A DNA stretch of 64,000 nt from a virus, in the IMG/VR virus record IMGVR_UViG_3300009159_000050, positions 1-64,000 of that record. The stretch is one strand, 5' to 3'. This document shows, piece after piece, positions 8,338-16,703 of the stretch. Every line of letters begins with the position of its first letter. The first letter of the stretch is position 1. The notes under the pieces were generated by a model, which saw nothing but the letters and a program-made list of their open reading frames with translations, did no database searches and was not told where the DNA came from. The position numbers were made by a program, and so were the translations under genes.

Positions 8338-8499
8338 GGGTCGGGCCCCAAATGACCAGTCATAGGCGCATAGACCCATGATCAGTCATTTACGTACGTG
8401 TGATCTAATTCACATTTACGGAATGTCCGTTTTATCCCAGTTTATGGTGATAATCAACTTTACATAACATGAGCAAATGTCAGACCCCTATGCTATAAT
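8338..8499 (+). promoter_or_regulatory. regulatory cassette
   Basis: TCGGGCCCC, ATGACCAGTCAT (8352) and ATGATCAGTCAT (8378), CRP site 8399-8414, TGTCC box, TGTCAG-N10-TATAAT 8478-8499. Confidence 0.7.
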
Positions 8500-8532
8500 T
8501 CTAGGTATAAACAAAAAGAAAGGAAGTTAAAA

Positions 8533-8709
8533 ATGACTTCATTAAAAATAAAATGCATAGAGCATAAGCCTATGAAATCTGCTATCTCACAAATTGGAGA
8601 TGAGCAATTTACATTCTGCCAAGAATGTGAAAATAACATTGAGCGTTGGTATAACGATACTGACCCTGAGCGTCTTGCTATGTGGACTGACTGGAAAGTC
8701 AGCCCATAG
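8533..8709 (+). CDS. 58-aa hypothetical protein
   Basis: GAAAGGA RBS; FCQECENNIERWY. Confidence 0.55.
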   Translation: MTSLKIKCIEHKPMKSAISQIGDEQFTFCQECENNIERWYNDTDPERLAMWTDWKVSP

Positions 8710-8783
8710 TGACCAAGATCACATTCCAAATGTCCTAAATGTCCGTTTTTGGATTTGATTTTGTCAGTCCAATCTGCTAAAAT
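8708..8783 (+). promoter_or_regulatory. regulatory cassette
   Basis: AGTGA-N6-TCACA, TGTCC-N4-TGTCC, TTGATT-17-TAAAAT with TGTCAG-N10 at 8762. Confidence 0.65.
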
Positions 8784-8821
8784 AGTTATATAACAAAAAA
8801 AAGAAAAGAAGGTGACAACCA

Positions 8822-9043
8822 ATGTCAGCACAAATATACACACCATCAGCCCTATTAGAGGGAAAATACTATCGCTCAATTTCTCGCAAGATTGACGGAA
8901 TTATTCAGGAAGCAGAAATTGCTCCAGAAATTTGGTACGGAGAAAACGATACTGCTTATCGTGTTCGTGTTCGCCCTACCTATAACGGAACAATTCTTCA
9001 CGAAGATTTTTGGGCAGTCGTAGCAGTAAGAAAGGAAAACTAA
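8822..9043 (+). CDS. hypothetical protein
   Basis: AAGGTG RBS downstream of promoter. Confidence 0.6.
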   Translation: MSAQIYTPSALLEGKYYRSISRKIDGIIQEAEIAPEIWYGENDTAYRVRVRPTYNGTILHEDFWAVVAVRKEN

Positions 9044-9044
9044 T

Positions 9045-9239
9045 ATGTACAAACTCAAACTAGAAACTTTCAGCGGAGAAGTTAAAACAATTTCACTTCC
9101 GTCAAAAGGTGCAGTTGCACAATTCATCAACACTTACCCAACACAATTACCAGTTGGCGTATCCGTAAAAGTCGCTTGCGACACCCTTGGAATTACTGGC
9201 ACACTTCGTGGCAGTTTAACACTAGCAAAATCAAACTAA
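9045..9239 (+). CDS. hypothetical protein, paralog of 6617-6793
   Basis: KLKLETFSGEVKTISL...VKVACDTLGITG. Confidence 0.6.
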   Translation: MYKLKLETFSGEVKTISLPSKGAVAQFINTYPTQLPVGVSVKVACDTLGITGTLRGSLTLAKSN

Positions 9240-9256
9240 GAATAGGAAATAAAATA

Positions 9257-9463
9257 ATGACAAAAATATATCACTCTCTACAATTCGTAACTGAATTAGA
9301 CGAAACACATCCAATCTCTCAGCAACTTCTTGCACTACCTACAATAGATCAGGTCGCTATGCTTGAAGCCATGCTAAAAGAATTGCTTGCTCCACGCATT
9401 CAGTCAACACTTGATGAACTCAACGAGAACAATCACTTCGCAGTATTAAAGGTGGCAGAATAA
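9257..9463 (+). CDS. hypothetical protein
   Basis: ATG 9257 after AGGA. Confidence 0.55.
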   Translation: MTKIYHSLQFVTELDETHPISQQLLALPTIDQVAMLEAMLKELLAPRIQSTLDELNENNHFAVLKVAE

Positions 9464-9623
9464 TGAAAACTTGTTTAATAGTTAATTGTGAATCAACTGC
9501 ACTTGTATATTCTGGAATTGACGCATTCATGCTAGGTGGAATCCCTACTGAAACATATTGCTACGATTGCGCTAATGCATACAATCAAATTTCTGCACAT
9601 GTAGAAAAGTTGGTGCAACTATA

Positions 9624-9806
9624 ATGATGACTAGAAAAGACTATGTAGAAACTGCAAAAATTCTAAATGGATTTCTTGACTATATGGACCCTCACGTTTT
9701 TCAAGATTTAGTTTTTGAATTTAGCGAATGGTTTCTTTCTGACAATCCAAGATTTCATGAAGGTAAATTTTCTGAGGCTTGCTATAAAGTGGAGGTAAGT
9801 ACATGA
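9624..9806 (+). CDS. small phage protein (MTRKDY...DNPRF family)
   Basis: MTRKDYVETAKIL...DNPRFHEGKFSEAC. Confidence 0.6.
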   Translation: MMTRKDYVETAKILNGFLDYMDPHVFQDLVFEFSEWFLSDNPRFHEGKFSEACYKVEVST

Positions 9807-9933
9807 GTAGAATTTTAACAACGCTTGTGCAGCTAACTTTATTTCTTGGAGTGCTTGCTTGTTTTCGTTTAATGTGGCAAGATTTAAAAAATGATCTTGC
9901 TGAAATCAAAAACGATTTGCGAAAATAAATAAA

Positions 9934-9961
9934 AAATCCTGAGCACGATTTAAAACTGCTC
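9934..9961 (+). ncRNA. 3'-UTR H-type pseudoknot motif, copy A
   Basis: AAATC-CTGAGCAC-GATTT-AAAAC-TGCTC. Confidence 0.6.
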
Positions 9962-9974
9962 AACATTCAAAAAT

Positions 9975-10112
9975 GGGGCCCGACCCCCACGGCGTGTCGT
10001 CCACAGGTTATCCACAGGCTTTACGTTGTGATATTACTCACACCCAAATTTTGTCATATTTTGAGATTAAGTGCCTTTGAGAGTTGCTCATGTCAGCCCC
10101 ATAGTGTAGGAT
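9975..10112 (+). promoter_or_regulatory. regulatory cassette
   Basis: GGGGCCCGACC, DnaA boxes 9997 (imperfect) and 10008, CRP 10027-10042, TTGCTC-17-TAGGAT with TGTCAG-N10 at 10091. Confidence 0.65.
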
Positions 10113-10519
10113 ATTTATATCAAGTTAATTAAGAAAGAAGGAACCCCCTATGAACGAATGCAAAGTATGTTTTGCTCAGCGTATGAGTATCTCTGCAATA
10201 TCTATCAAGATCAACGAACTATGCGAGCCACACTATCGTGACTGGCAAGATGAAAAGAATATGGGTGAGTACTTTGGGTAATATGATGGAAGCCTTATGC
10301 GTTGCATGTAATGAAGATTTGCATGTAGATGGATTTTATTGTTGGTCATGTGGAATTGACACCTACTACTCAGACATGTTAGAATCAGACCTCACCCTAG
10401 ATTGGACAGAATAATATGACCCCCTATGACGACTACTATGAAACTGATATGCCTACTGCCGTGGGTTGCTACTGCAAAATAAACTATGTGTGCTCAGAAT
10501 GTAAAGGAAACTATAACTA

Positions 10520-10732
10520 ATGGAATATGAATATCTAATTACCTGCGCCTATGACGGAAACGCTCCGCATTGGAAGCAACGCTATGAAAACGAATTTGGT
10601 GCATGGGAAAACTTTTTCCTATTTACTGATTGGGGAATGGCTGATGAATACTCCACAGTTAATCTCTACACGCCCACAGGCAAGTGTTACACAAGAAACT
10701 TTTATCGTAGCGGAATGGTGGCAACAAAATGA
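10520..10732 (+). CDS. hypothetical protein
   Basis: AAAGGA RBS, in operon of small ORFs. Confidence 0.55.
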   Translation: MEYEYLITCAYDGNAPHWKQRYENEFGAWENFFLFTDWGMADEYSTVNLYTPTGKCYTRNFYRSGMVATK

Positions 10733-10876
10733 TAAAGATTGAAGCAGAAGTAATTACATGGAAGCCTAATGATAAAAATTCTTTCATTGACAATATGACT
10801 CAAGATGAGTTAGCAATATTTGAAGCAGACATACAAGACGCTATTGACGGCGTAATAGAAGATTGGAAATAATATA

Positions 10877-11182
10877 ATGGGATCAGTAACCGCACTAGGA
10901 ATTAAAGATACAGTACTTGATTTGGAAACTCAGATTCTTTATCATCTCAAGGGTAATCACTATCCTCCAGTACCTGCAGAAATGGTCGCACCATGCATTG
11001 AAGCCATTGACGCGTACTATGATGAAGATTGGGATAGAATGATTGACATGCCTATGGTTGGTAGTTTTCAGATTCTCTATAAGGGAAGCAAGCAAGCGCC
11101 TGCATGGGCTATCGTAGAACAACACCACCTATCATGGTTTATTGAGCCAGTAGCATACTCTGATGAGGAGGAGGAATCCTAA
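10877..11182 (+). CDS. hypothetical protein
   Basis: HLKGNHYPPVP...AIVEQHHL motif; acidic tail. Confidence 0.6.
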   Translation: MGSVTALGIKDTVLDLETQILYHLKGNHYPPVPAEMVAPCIEAIDAYYDEDWDRMIDMPMVGSFQILYKGSKQAPAWAIVEQHHLSWFIEPVAYSDEEEES

Positions 11183-11248
11183 TGGCAATACTATTGACTT
11201 CAGTCACAGTTATATTTGTAGTAAAGATGATTTCACAGGGCAGATAAA

Positions 11249-11482
11249 ATGAGTGCTACAATAAATGGCATGGAACTAATAAAAGCTGATGTGCTAACTG
11301 CAGATGCAATTGAGATTGGTGATCTAATCTCTTTTGATGATGATATCGTTGAAGTAATTGCTATTGATGTTGATTCTACTGGCGATGTATATAGCATTCA
11401 AGTTAGCAACGACTTTGGTGAAACACAAACAGTTGACTTTGATTTTGATGAAGAAGTTGACTGGTACGTTTATATAGACTAA
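11249..11482 (+). CDS. small acidic beta-barrel-like protein
   Basis: ADAIEIGDLI pattern. Confidence 0.5.
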   Translation: MSATINGMELIKADVLTADAIEIGDLISFDDDIVEVIAIDVDSTGDVYSIQVSNDFGETQTVDFDFDEEVDWYVYID

Positions 11483-11485
11483 AGT

Positions 11486-11555
11486 GGGGCCCGAGGCCCC
11501 TGTGAGCTATATCACATTTACGTAGGTTGATATTTTTTTCTATATATGATAGGAT
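11486..11555 (+). promoter_or_regulatory. regulatory cassette
   Basis: GGGGCCCGAGG, CRP 11501-11516, TTGATA-17-TAGGAT. Confidence 0.65.
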
Positions 11556-11583
11556 TAGAATAATCCAAACGAAAGGTCAACTA

Positions 11584-11790
11584 ATGAAAATTTATGAAGT
11601 TACTTGTATTCACTATGAAATTTGTGGCTCTACTGAAACTTTTAATGAATCAGAATATGAAATCTATGGTGATGATTTCACCTGTGCTGAATGTTTCAAT
11701 CAACTTGAAATGTTTTCTCATGGCTGGCGTGATATTGCTTCAGATCACATGATGACTCGCATGGCTGATGCGGAGATGGGAGATTTGTAA
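11584..11790 (+). CDS. Cys-containing hypothetical protein
   Basis: GAAAGGT RBS, ATG 11584. Confidence 0.55.
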   Translation: MKIYEVTCIHYEICGSTETFNESEYEIYGDDFTCAECFNQLEMFSHGWRDIASDHMMTRMADAEMGDL

Positions 11791-11791
11791 A

Positions 11792-11887
11792 ATGGAAAAA
11801 GATTTATTTGGTTTTGAAAAAGCAATTCAACTTAACCACTTAACAAAAGAACAAATTGATGAATTGTTAAAAATGCTTGAAATATAA
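11792..11887 (+). CDS. 31-aa peptide, paralog of 8194-8295
   Basis: sequence similarity; both are the last gene before a GGCCC box. Confidence 0.6.
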   Translation: MEKDLFGFEKAIQLNHLTKEQIDELLKMLEI

Positions 11888-11889
11888 GA

Positions 11890-11957
11890 GGCCGAGGCCC
11901 CATGTGACTTAGCTCACATTTAAGAGATTTGATATTTTTCCCCATATCTGGTAAGAT
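11890..11957 (+). promoter_or_regulatory. regulatory cassette
   Basis: GGCCGAGGCCCC, CRP 11903-11918, TTGATA-17-TAAGAT, leaderless ATG 11964. Confidence 0.65.
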
Positions 11958-11963
11958 TATTAC

Positions 11964-12110
11964 ATGAGCCAGAAAAAGACCCCTGAAGAATTACGTATCC
12001 TTATGGAATTACGTAGATCTAATGCTGCCTCAGCTATCCCCAACAAAAAGAAATATGACAGAAAGAAATGTCAGTCGTACCTGCTACAATTAAAGAAAGA
12101 AAGCGAGTAA
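11964..12110 (+). CDS. 48-aa basic peptide
   Basis: leaderless; ELRRSNAASAIPNKKKYDRK. Confidence 0.5.
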   Translation: MSQKKTPEELRILMELRRSNAASAIPNKKKYDRKKCQSYLLQLKKESE

Positions 12111-12115
12111 CCCCC

Positions 12116-12838
12116 ATGACCAAATTACTTAGATCAAAAGATCGCAAAGTCGCTAACCTAGTTACAACTAATGGAAAACAAGCAAGCATGGCTAATACTT
12201 TTGGCCTACCTGCAGGCAAGGCGTACTCATGCCCTGGCGCTACTAGTGTGTGCGAGAGTGTATGCTATGCAGGCAAACTAGAAAAGGTATTCCCTAGTGT
12301 AAAGAAAAACCTATTGCACAACTGGGCATTGCTCAAGGACGCAGACTTAGATACTATGCAAACCTTAATCTCAGAGATGATTGAAGAGTTTAAGACAGAA
12401 TGCGTTAAGCGTAATGCACCTATGCTATTTCGTATCCACTGGGACGGCGATTTCTTTAATGATCAGTATACACAGGCATGGAAGAATGTCATCCTTAACA
12501 ATACAGACATTCAATTCTGGGTATACACACGTGTTAATTCTGCCGCAGTAATGCTAAAGGATATTGCTAATCTATCTTTATACTATTCTACAGATAGTGA
12601 GAATAAGTCTATTGGCCTTACCCTGAAAAAAGATCATGGCGTACGTCTTGCTTACCTTGCTAAGAATTTTGCAATTGGTCAGGCAGACATGAAAGAGATG
12701 ATTGGTCGCCCTGGTGCTAAGTGTCCAGAGAATCTCAAGGCTATTCCCCTTATCTCTCAAAAGGGCTCCGCTTGCGTATCCTGCTCATTGTGCGTATACT
12801 CTAAGAGCGACATAGTATTCTCTGCAACAAAAAAATAA
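12116..12838 (+). CDS. GP88 family protein (Fe-S/radical-SAM-like)
   Basis: FGLPAG..SCPGATSVCESVCYA, FRIHWDGDF, C-terminal CxxCxxC. Confidence 0.7.
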   Translation: MTKLLRSKDRKVANLVTTNGKQASMANTFGLPAGKAYSCPGATSVCESVCYAGKLEKVFPSVKKNLLHNWALLKDADLDTMQTLISEMIEEFKTECVKRNAPMLFRIHWDGDFFNDQYTQAWKNVILNNTDIQFWVYTRVNSAAVMLKDIANLSLYYSTDSENKSIGLTLKKDHGVRLAYLAKNFAIGQADMKEMIGRPGAKCPENLKAIPLISQKGSACVSCSLCVYSKSDIVFSATKK

Positions 12839-13017
12839 AGGAGATAAATGGACATATATGTAGTCTTATCTTTCATAGGGCTATTATTGTTCCTCATGAC
12901 AAAAAAATAATGTGACCTAAATCACAGTCCAAATAGTGAGATTTTTAGGAAATGGATTTGATATTTCTTAGATTTTTTGCTACACTTAATATAGTACCAA
13001 CTACAAAGGAGAAACAA

Positions 13018-13185
13018 ATGACGGTATCAACAGCAACATACAAGGTGGGCGACCTCTACACTTCACAGAAGTCAAAGGTAACAGGAACAATCTTGGAAAT
13101 CTCACCAACCGCAAATGACACAGTTCGTGTTAAGTTAGATGTAAATGGCATGACACGCTGGACAACATGGAAGGCTAGTTCATAA
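13018..13185 (+). CDS. small SH3-like hypothetical protein
   Basis: AAGGAG RBS; promoter TTGATA-17-TACACT at 12958 with CRP 12911. Confidence 0.55.
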   Translation: MTVSTATYKVGDLYTSQKSKVTGTILEISPTANDTVRVKLDVNGMTRWTTWKASS

Positions 13186-13199
13186 CTAGTTAGACAGTC

Positions 13200-13226
13200 A
13201 TTCCTGAGCATGAATTAAAAAGGCTC
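13200..13226 (+). ncRNA. pseudoknot motif, copy B
   Basis: ATTC-CTGAGCAT-GAAT-TAAAAA-GGCTC. Confidence 0.55.
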
Positions 13227-13289
13227 AACTTAATGTCAGTCCCACCTACTATAATATAAATAACCCACCAAAGAAAAGAGAAAATAAAA

Positions 13290-13715
13290 ATGGCAACAAG
13301 AAGCAAAGCAATCTCAGTAAAGATCGCAACACCAAAGGTAATCAAGGCACTAGAAGCATCACTTGCTAAACTAGAAGCAGACTACGCATCACAAGAAGCA
13401 AATGAAGCAAAGTATCAGAAGGCGTATGAGAAGTGGAAGAAAGACCTTATTGACTATGCAGTAGCAAATATCAAAAAGGCAGAAAACTTCCGTACTAACT
13501 ATCGCTCATGGTCAAACAATCTCAACATTGATTTTGATTTAGCGGTATCAGAAAAGGATCTACCAAAAGAGCCTACTAAGGATTTTGAGACACTTCATCA
13601 CAGTAACTATCGTGAGCAGAAGCAAGAGATGGAAAACGCAATTCGTATTCTCAAGATGACAGATGAGGAAGTAGTTTCCGCATCAACTTATCAAGCGGTT
13701 GCTCGTTATCTCTAA
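13290..13715 (+). CDS. hypothetical coiled-coil protein
   Basis: downstream of TGTCAG-N10-TATAAT (13234). Confidence 0.65.
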   Translation: MATRSKAISVKIATPKVIKALEASLAKLEADYASQEANEAKYQKAYEKWKKDLIDYAVANIKKAENFRTNYRSWSNNLNIDFDLAVSEKDLPKEPTKDFETLHHSNYREQKQEMENAIRILKMTDEEVVSASTYQAVARYL

Positions 13716-13750
13716 CTAACTTAGGGGGCAGTTAAAGTCCTGAACCCTAA

Positions 13751-13777
13751 CGACCTGAGTAAGTCGCAAAACTGCTC
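13751..13777 (+). ncRNA. pseudoknot motif, copy C
   Basis: CGAC-CTGAGTAA-GTCG-CAAAAC-TGCTC. Confidence 0.6.
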
Positions 13778-13851
13778 CCCGCAAGGGTCTTTGACAAATG
13801 TCAGTGGCCAGTAGTATACTTAAACTAACCAACAAACAGAAAGAGGCCCCC

Positions 13852-14265
13852 ATGGACCAGACAGTAACAGTAGTAAATGCAACAGAAGACTTTCTTCGTG
13901 ATTCCCTAGCAAAAGCAACTCTTCGTGTTGCACAACTAGAGGAGCAGATTCAGAAAGTAACTCAGCGATCATATGTTGATTCTGCTAACAAAAACCATAT
14001 GATTGACGCAATGAAAGAATGGACCCTTAGCGAATTAGAAAACCTTTCGCTTGCACAAGAACATGCAGAAGCAATTGCAGAAATTATGGGATTTGAACTA
14101 ACAACAGAATTTGAGGTTGAAGTTACAGTTACATATGCAATTACAGTTAATGCAGTCAATGAAGAAGAAGCGCAGAACTTAATTCATGATATTGATTTTG
14201 ATTCAGTATCAGAGCCCCAAGGCGTAACTTATTTGTCATCCAGTGTTGACAGAATAGATATTTAG
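13852..14265 (+). CDS. hypothetical protein
   Basis: GAGG RBS; promoter TTGACA/TGTCAG-N10-TATACT 13791-13820. Confidence 0.6.
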   Translation: MDQTVTVVNATEDFLRDSLAKATLRVAQLEEQIQKVTQRSYVDSANKNHMIDAMKEWTLSELENLSLAQEHAEAIAEIMGFELTTEFEVEVTVTYAITVNAVNEEEAQNLIHDIDFDSVSEPQGVTYLSSSVDRIDI

Positions 14266-14279
14266 TAGGGGGCTACTAA

Positions 14280-14308
14280 TAGATCTAAGCATATCTATAA
14301 ACTGCTTA
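14280..14308 (+). ncRNA. pseudoknot motif, copy D
   Basis: TAGAT-CTAAGCAT-ATCTA-TAAAC-TGCTTA (compensatory changes in both stems). Confidence 0.6.
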
Positions 14309-14477
14309 TTCAGCTCCCGCAAAATTTGGGGCTCGGGCCCCATGTGACCAATATCACACGTGTCTTTACGAGACATTAAAAAAATGTCCGATTTGCCCCA
14401 TATTTAACTAGCCTGCCTTGCATTTGTCAGTCTATCCTGATATACTTAAATCTCAACAACAACAAGGAGAAAAACTC

Positions 14478-15494
14478 ATGGCACATGACCTAGAAATACA
14501 AAACGGAAAAACATCTTTTGCTTCTTTCCGTGAACCTGCATGGCATGGATTGGGTACCGTCTTCACTGAGGAAAAGACCACACTAGAAATGTTAGATCTT
14601 GCTAACCTTTCTAACTGGAACGTTCGTCTTGAAGATCTACCAACCCCTGCACACTTAACAAGCGACAAGGAATACCAATATGTCGTACGCACCAACCCCA
14701 CTGATAGCGCCCAGACTGATATTCTTGGTGTCGTTGGTGAACGCTATCACGTATTGCAGAATGAGGACCTATTCTCATTTGGTGATAACATCCTAGACGG
14801 CGGTGGCCGTTGGGAGACTGCTGGCTCAATCAAGGGTGGACGTGTTGTCTTTGGTGCCCTTGCACTAGAGCGTGAAACAATCCTAGACCCTAGTGGCGTT
14901 GCAGATAAGGTGAAGACCTATTTGCTCATCAACACATCACATGACGGCTCAATCGCAATTCAAGCAAGCATAACACCAGTTCGTGTTGTGTGCGCTAACA
15001 CTCTCAATCTTGCACTTAACACCACACGCAAGAAGAATGGTGTCAAGCAATCATTCAAGATTCGTCACACTCAGACTGCCAATGGTAAGGTGCAAATTGC
15101 ACGTGAGACTCTTGGCATGGCTAATAAGTACATGGACGAATTTGATCTCATGGCTAAGGCTATGATTGAGAAGGAAGTCAGTGCTAAGACTTTCTACGAT
15201 ATCATTCTTGCTGCATATCCTAAGCCAGAAAAAGATGCTAAGGGTGCCGTAAAGAAGTGGGAGAATAAAGTTGATATCATCAACGATATTTACACTGGCG
15301 AATTTAATGGCATGATTGCTGGTAATGCATGGGGTGCATTTAATGCACTTACTGAGCGCCTTGATTGGTACCGCACATCTCGCGGTGGTAACAATGAAAG
15401 CATGCTTGCAAGCGCAAGCGGATTTGACCCTGCAATCAACGCAGAGAAAAATCGTTTGCTAAAGGTTGTACAAAATACCTTGCAACTAGTATAA
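14478..15494 (+). CDS. DUF932/DUF945 (TIGR03299) phage/plasmid-like protein
   Basis: MAHDLE...REPAWHGLG...WETAGSIKGG...TSHDGS...TPVRVVCANTL...IRHT. Confidence 0.85.
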   Translation: MAHDLEIQNGKTSFASFREPAWHGLGTVFTEEKTTLEMLDLANLSNWNVRLEDLPTPAHLTSDKEYQYVVRTNPTDSAQTDILGVVGERYHVLQNEDLFSFGDNILDGGGRWETAGSIKGGRVVFGALALERETILDPSGVADKVKTYLLINTSHDGSIAIQASITPVRVVCANTLNLALNTTRKKNGVKQSFKIRHTQTANGKVQIARETLGMANKYMDEFDLMAKAMIEKEVSAKTFYDIILAAYPKPEKDAKGAVKKWENKVDIINDIYTGEFNGMIAGNAWGAFNALTERLDWYRTSRGGNNESMLASASGFDPAINAEKNRLLKVVQNTLQLV

Positions 15495-15501
15495 TAAAAT
15501 A

Positions 15502-15527
15502 ATCCTGAGCATGATATAAAACTGCTC
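15502..15527 (+). ncRNA. pseudoknot motif, copy E
   Basis: ATC-CTGAGCAT-GAT-ATAAAAC-TGCTC, 4 nt before tRNA-Asp. Confidence 0.55.
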
Positions 15528-15531
15528 GCAA

Positions 15532-15605
15532 GATCTCTTAGCTCAATTGGTTAGAGCGCTACCCTGTCACGGTAGAGGTTGCGAGTTCAAGTCTCGTAGG
15601 GATCG
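15532..15605 (+). tRNA. tRNA-Asp(GUC)
   Basis: cloverleaf; anticodon arm CTACC-CTGTCAC-GGTAG; GTTCAAGT T-loop; G73. Confidence 0.9.
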
Positions 15606-15732
15606 CAAGCGTAAATGGGGCCCCGAGGCAAAATGGTACAAAACGGACATTTAAGAAGCTAAGATAAATACTCACGGATTTTTTTATTACGAAGGGCTTG
15701 CTTTTTCCCCAGTTTTCCTGTAGAATAAATAC

Positions 15733-15894
15733 ATGAACACTACACATAAACCATACACAATACACGAACTCGTAGAAGAAATCTATGAGGACAACTTCTC
15801 GCACTTTGATTTCATGGAAAACATGAATGGTGGGGATTGCGATTGTAATCTTCATATGACTATGAATACTATCTTAAAGTATTGGGGAGAGTAA
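15733..15894 (+). CDS. hypothetical protein
   Basis: leaderless after TAGAAT 15721. Confidence 0.5.
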   Translation: MNTTHKPYTIHELVEEIYEDNFSHFDFMENMNGGDCDCNLHMTMNTILKYWGE

Positions 15895-16052
15895 TGCTAG
15901 GCTATACTAAAGAAGATTTAGATCAGATGACTAATGCTATTCAGTCTGCTATAACTACCGTGAATTCTGACGATGACCCTTGGCTACATTCAAGACTGTA
16001 TATGGCAAGCGAATTCTTACAAGGCCTATGGGCAGAAGGGTATTTTGACTAA
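15894..16052 (+). CDS. hypothetical protein
   Basis: TAATG overlaps at both ends; MLGYTKEDL...FLQGLWAEGYFD. Confidence 0.5.
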   Translation: MLGYTKEDLDQMTNAIQSAITTVNSDDDPWLHSRLYMASEFLQGLWAEGYFD

Positions 16053-16240
16053 TGTGGACTAAACATGAGTATCTTTGTACTAATTGTGATACCCTTTTTG
16101 AAATCACAACCAGCAATGACCTGGTGATTCAACCCAACTGTATCTGTGATCAGCCTCACATTATTAGGATAAACAGATATGATGTGACGCAACTCACAGA
16201 AGATCACCTTGACTCTATTGGCAAAGTTCACTACAATTAA
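16052..16240 (+). CDS. zinc-ribbon small protein
   Basis: HEYLCTNCD...PNCICD. Confidence 0.55.
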   Translation: MWTKHEYLCTNCDTLFEITTSNDLVIQPNCICDQPHIIRINRYDVTQLTEDHLDSIGKVHYN

Positions 16241-16243
16241 TAT

Positions 16244-16393
16244 ATGGACCTAAACACATTACGAGAGTACATAAAAATTCACATAATCTCATTGGAGCAA
16301 GACTTGGAATCAAACCCTGAATCTATACACGTAGTAGACCTCAATGGACAAATTGTGGCCTGTGAACATATACTAGGAGTAATCAATGAATAA
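16244..16393 (+). CDS. hypothetical protein
   Basis: leaderless after TTGACT-17-TACAAT. Confidence 0.5.
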   Translation: MDLNTLREYIKIHIISLEQDLESNPESIHVVDLNGQIVACEHILGVINE

Positions 16394-16658
16394 TCTATCA
16401 CTATCCCCTCGTCTACAAAAACTAGTAGACATGGGGGAATCAGGCACTGACATCCTACATGGGGAACTAAAAAACCTTATGTATGAAGCAGAAAAGAATA
16501 TGCTTGCTGCTCAGAACAATGAACCTTTGGCTGAGGATGAGTATGATGAGTCAGATGAGTATCATCATGGATACCTTGACGCTTTGGCAACGGTATACCA
16601 ACTAACTTACGAACTGGCATTTGCAATCTCAGATCGTGCTAAGTTGACAAACCAATAG
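16386..16658 (+). CDS. hypothetical protein
   Basis: GGAG RBS; GYLDAL motif. Confidence 0.6.
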   Translation: MNNLSLSPRLQKLVDMGESGTDILHGELKNLMYEAEKNMLAAQNNEPLAEDEYDESDEYHHGYLDALATVYQLTYELAFAISDRAKLTNQ

Positions 16659-16703
16659 CATTCCTGTAAAATTAATATAAACCACTACTAGAAAGAAAAC
16701 ATC

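Noticed and set aside
9934-15527. Hammerhead, HDV/theta ribozyme or preQ1 riboswitch identity for the pseudoknot motif
   Set aside because: It lacks the CUGANGA/GAAA three-stem core, is too short for an HDV-like fold, and its loop and 3'-UTR position do not fit preQ1-I.
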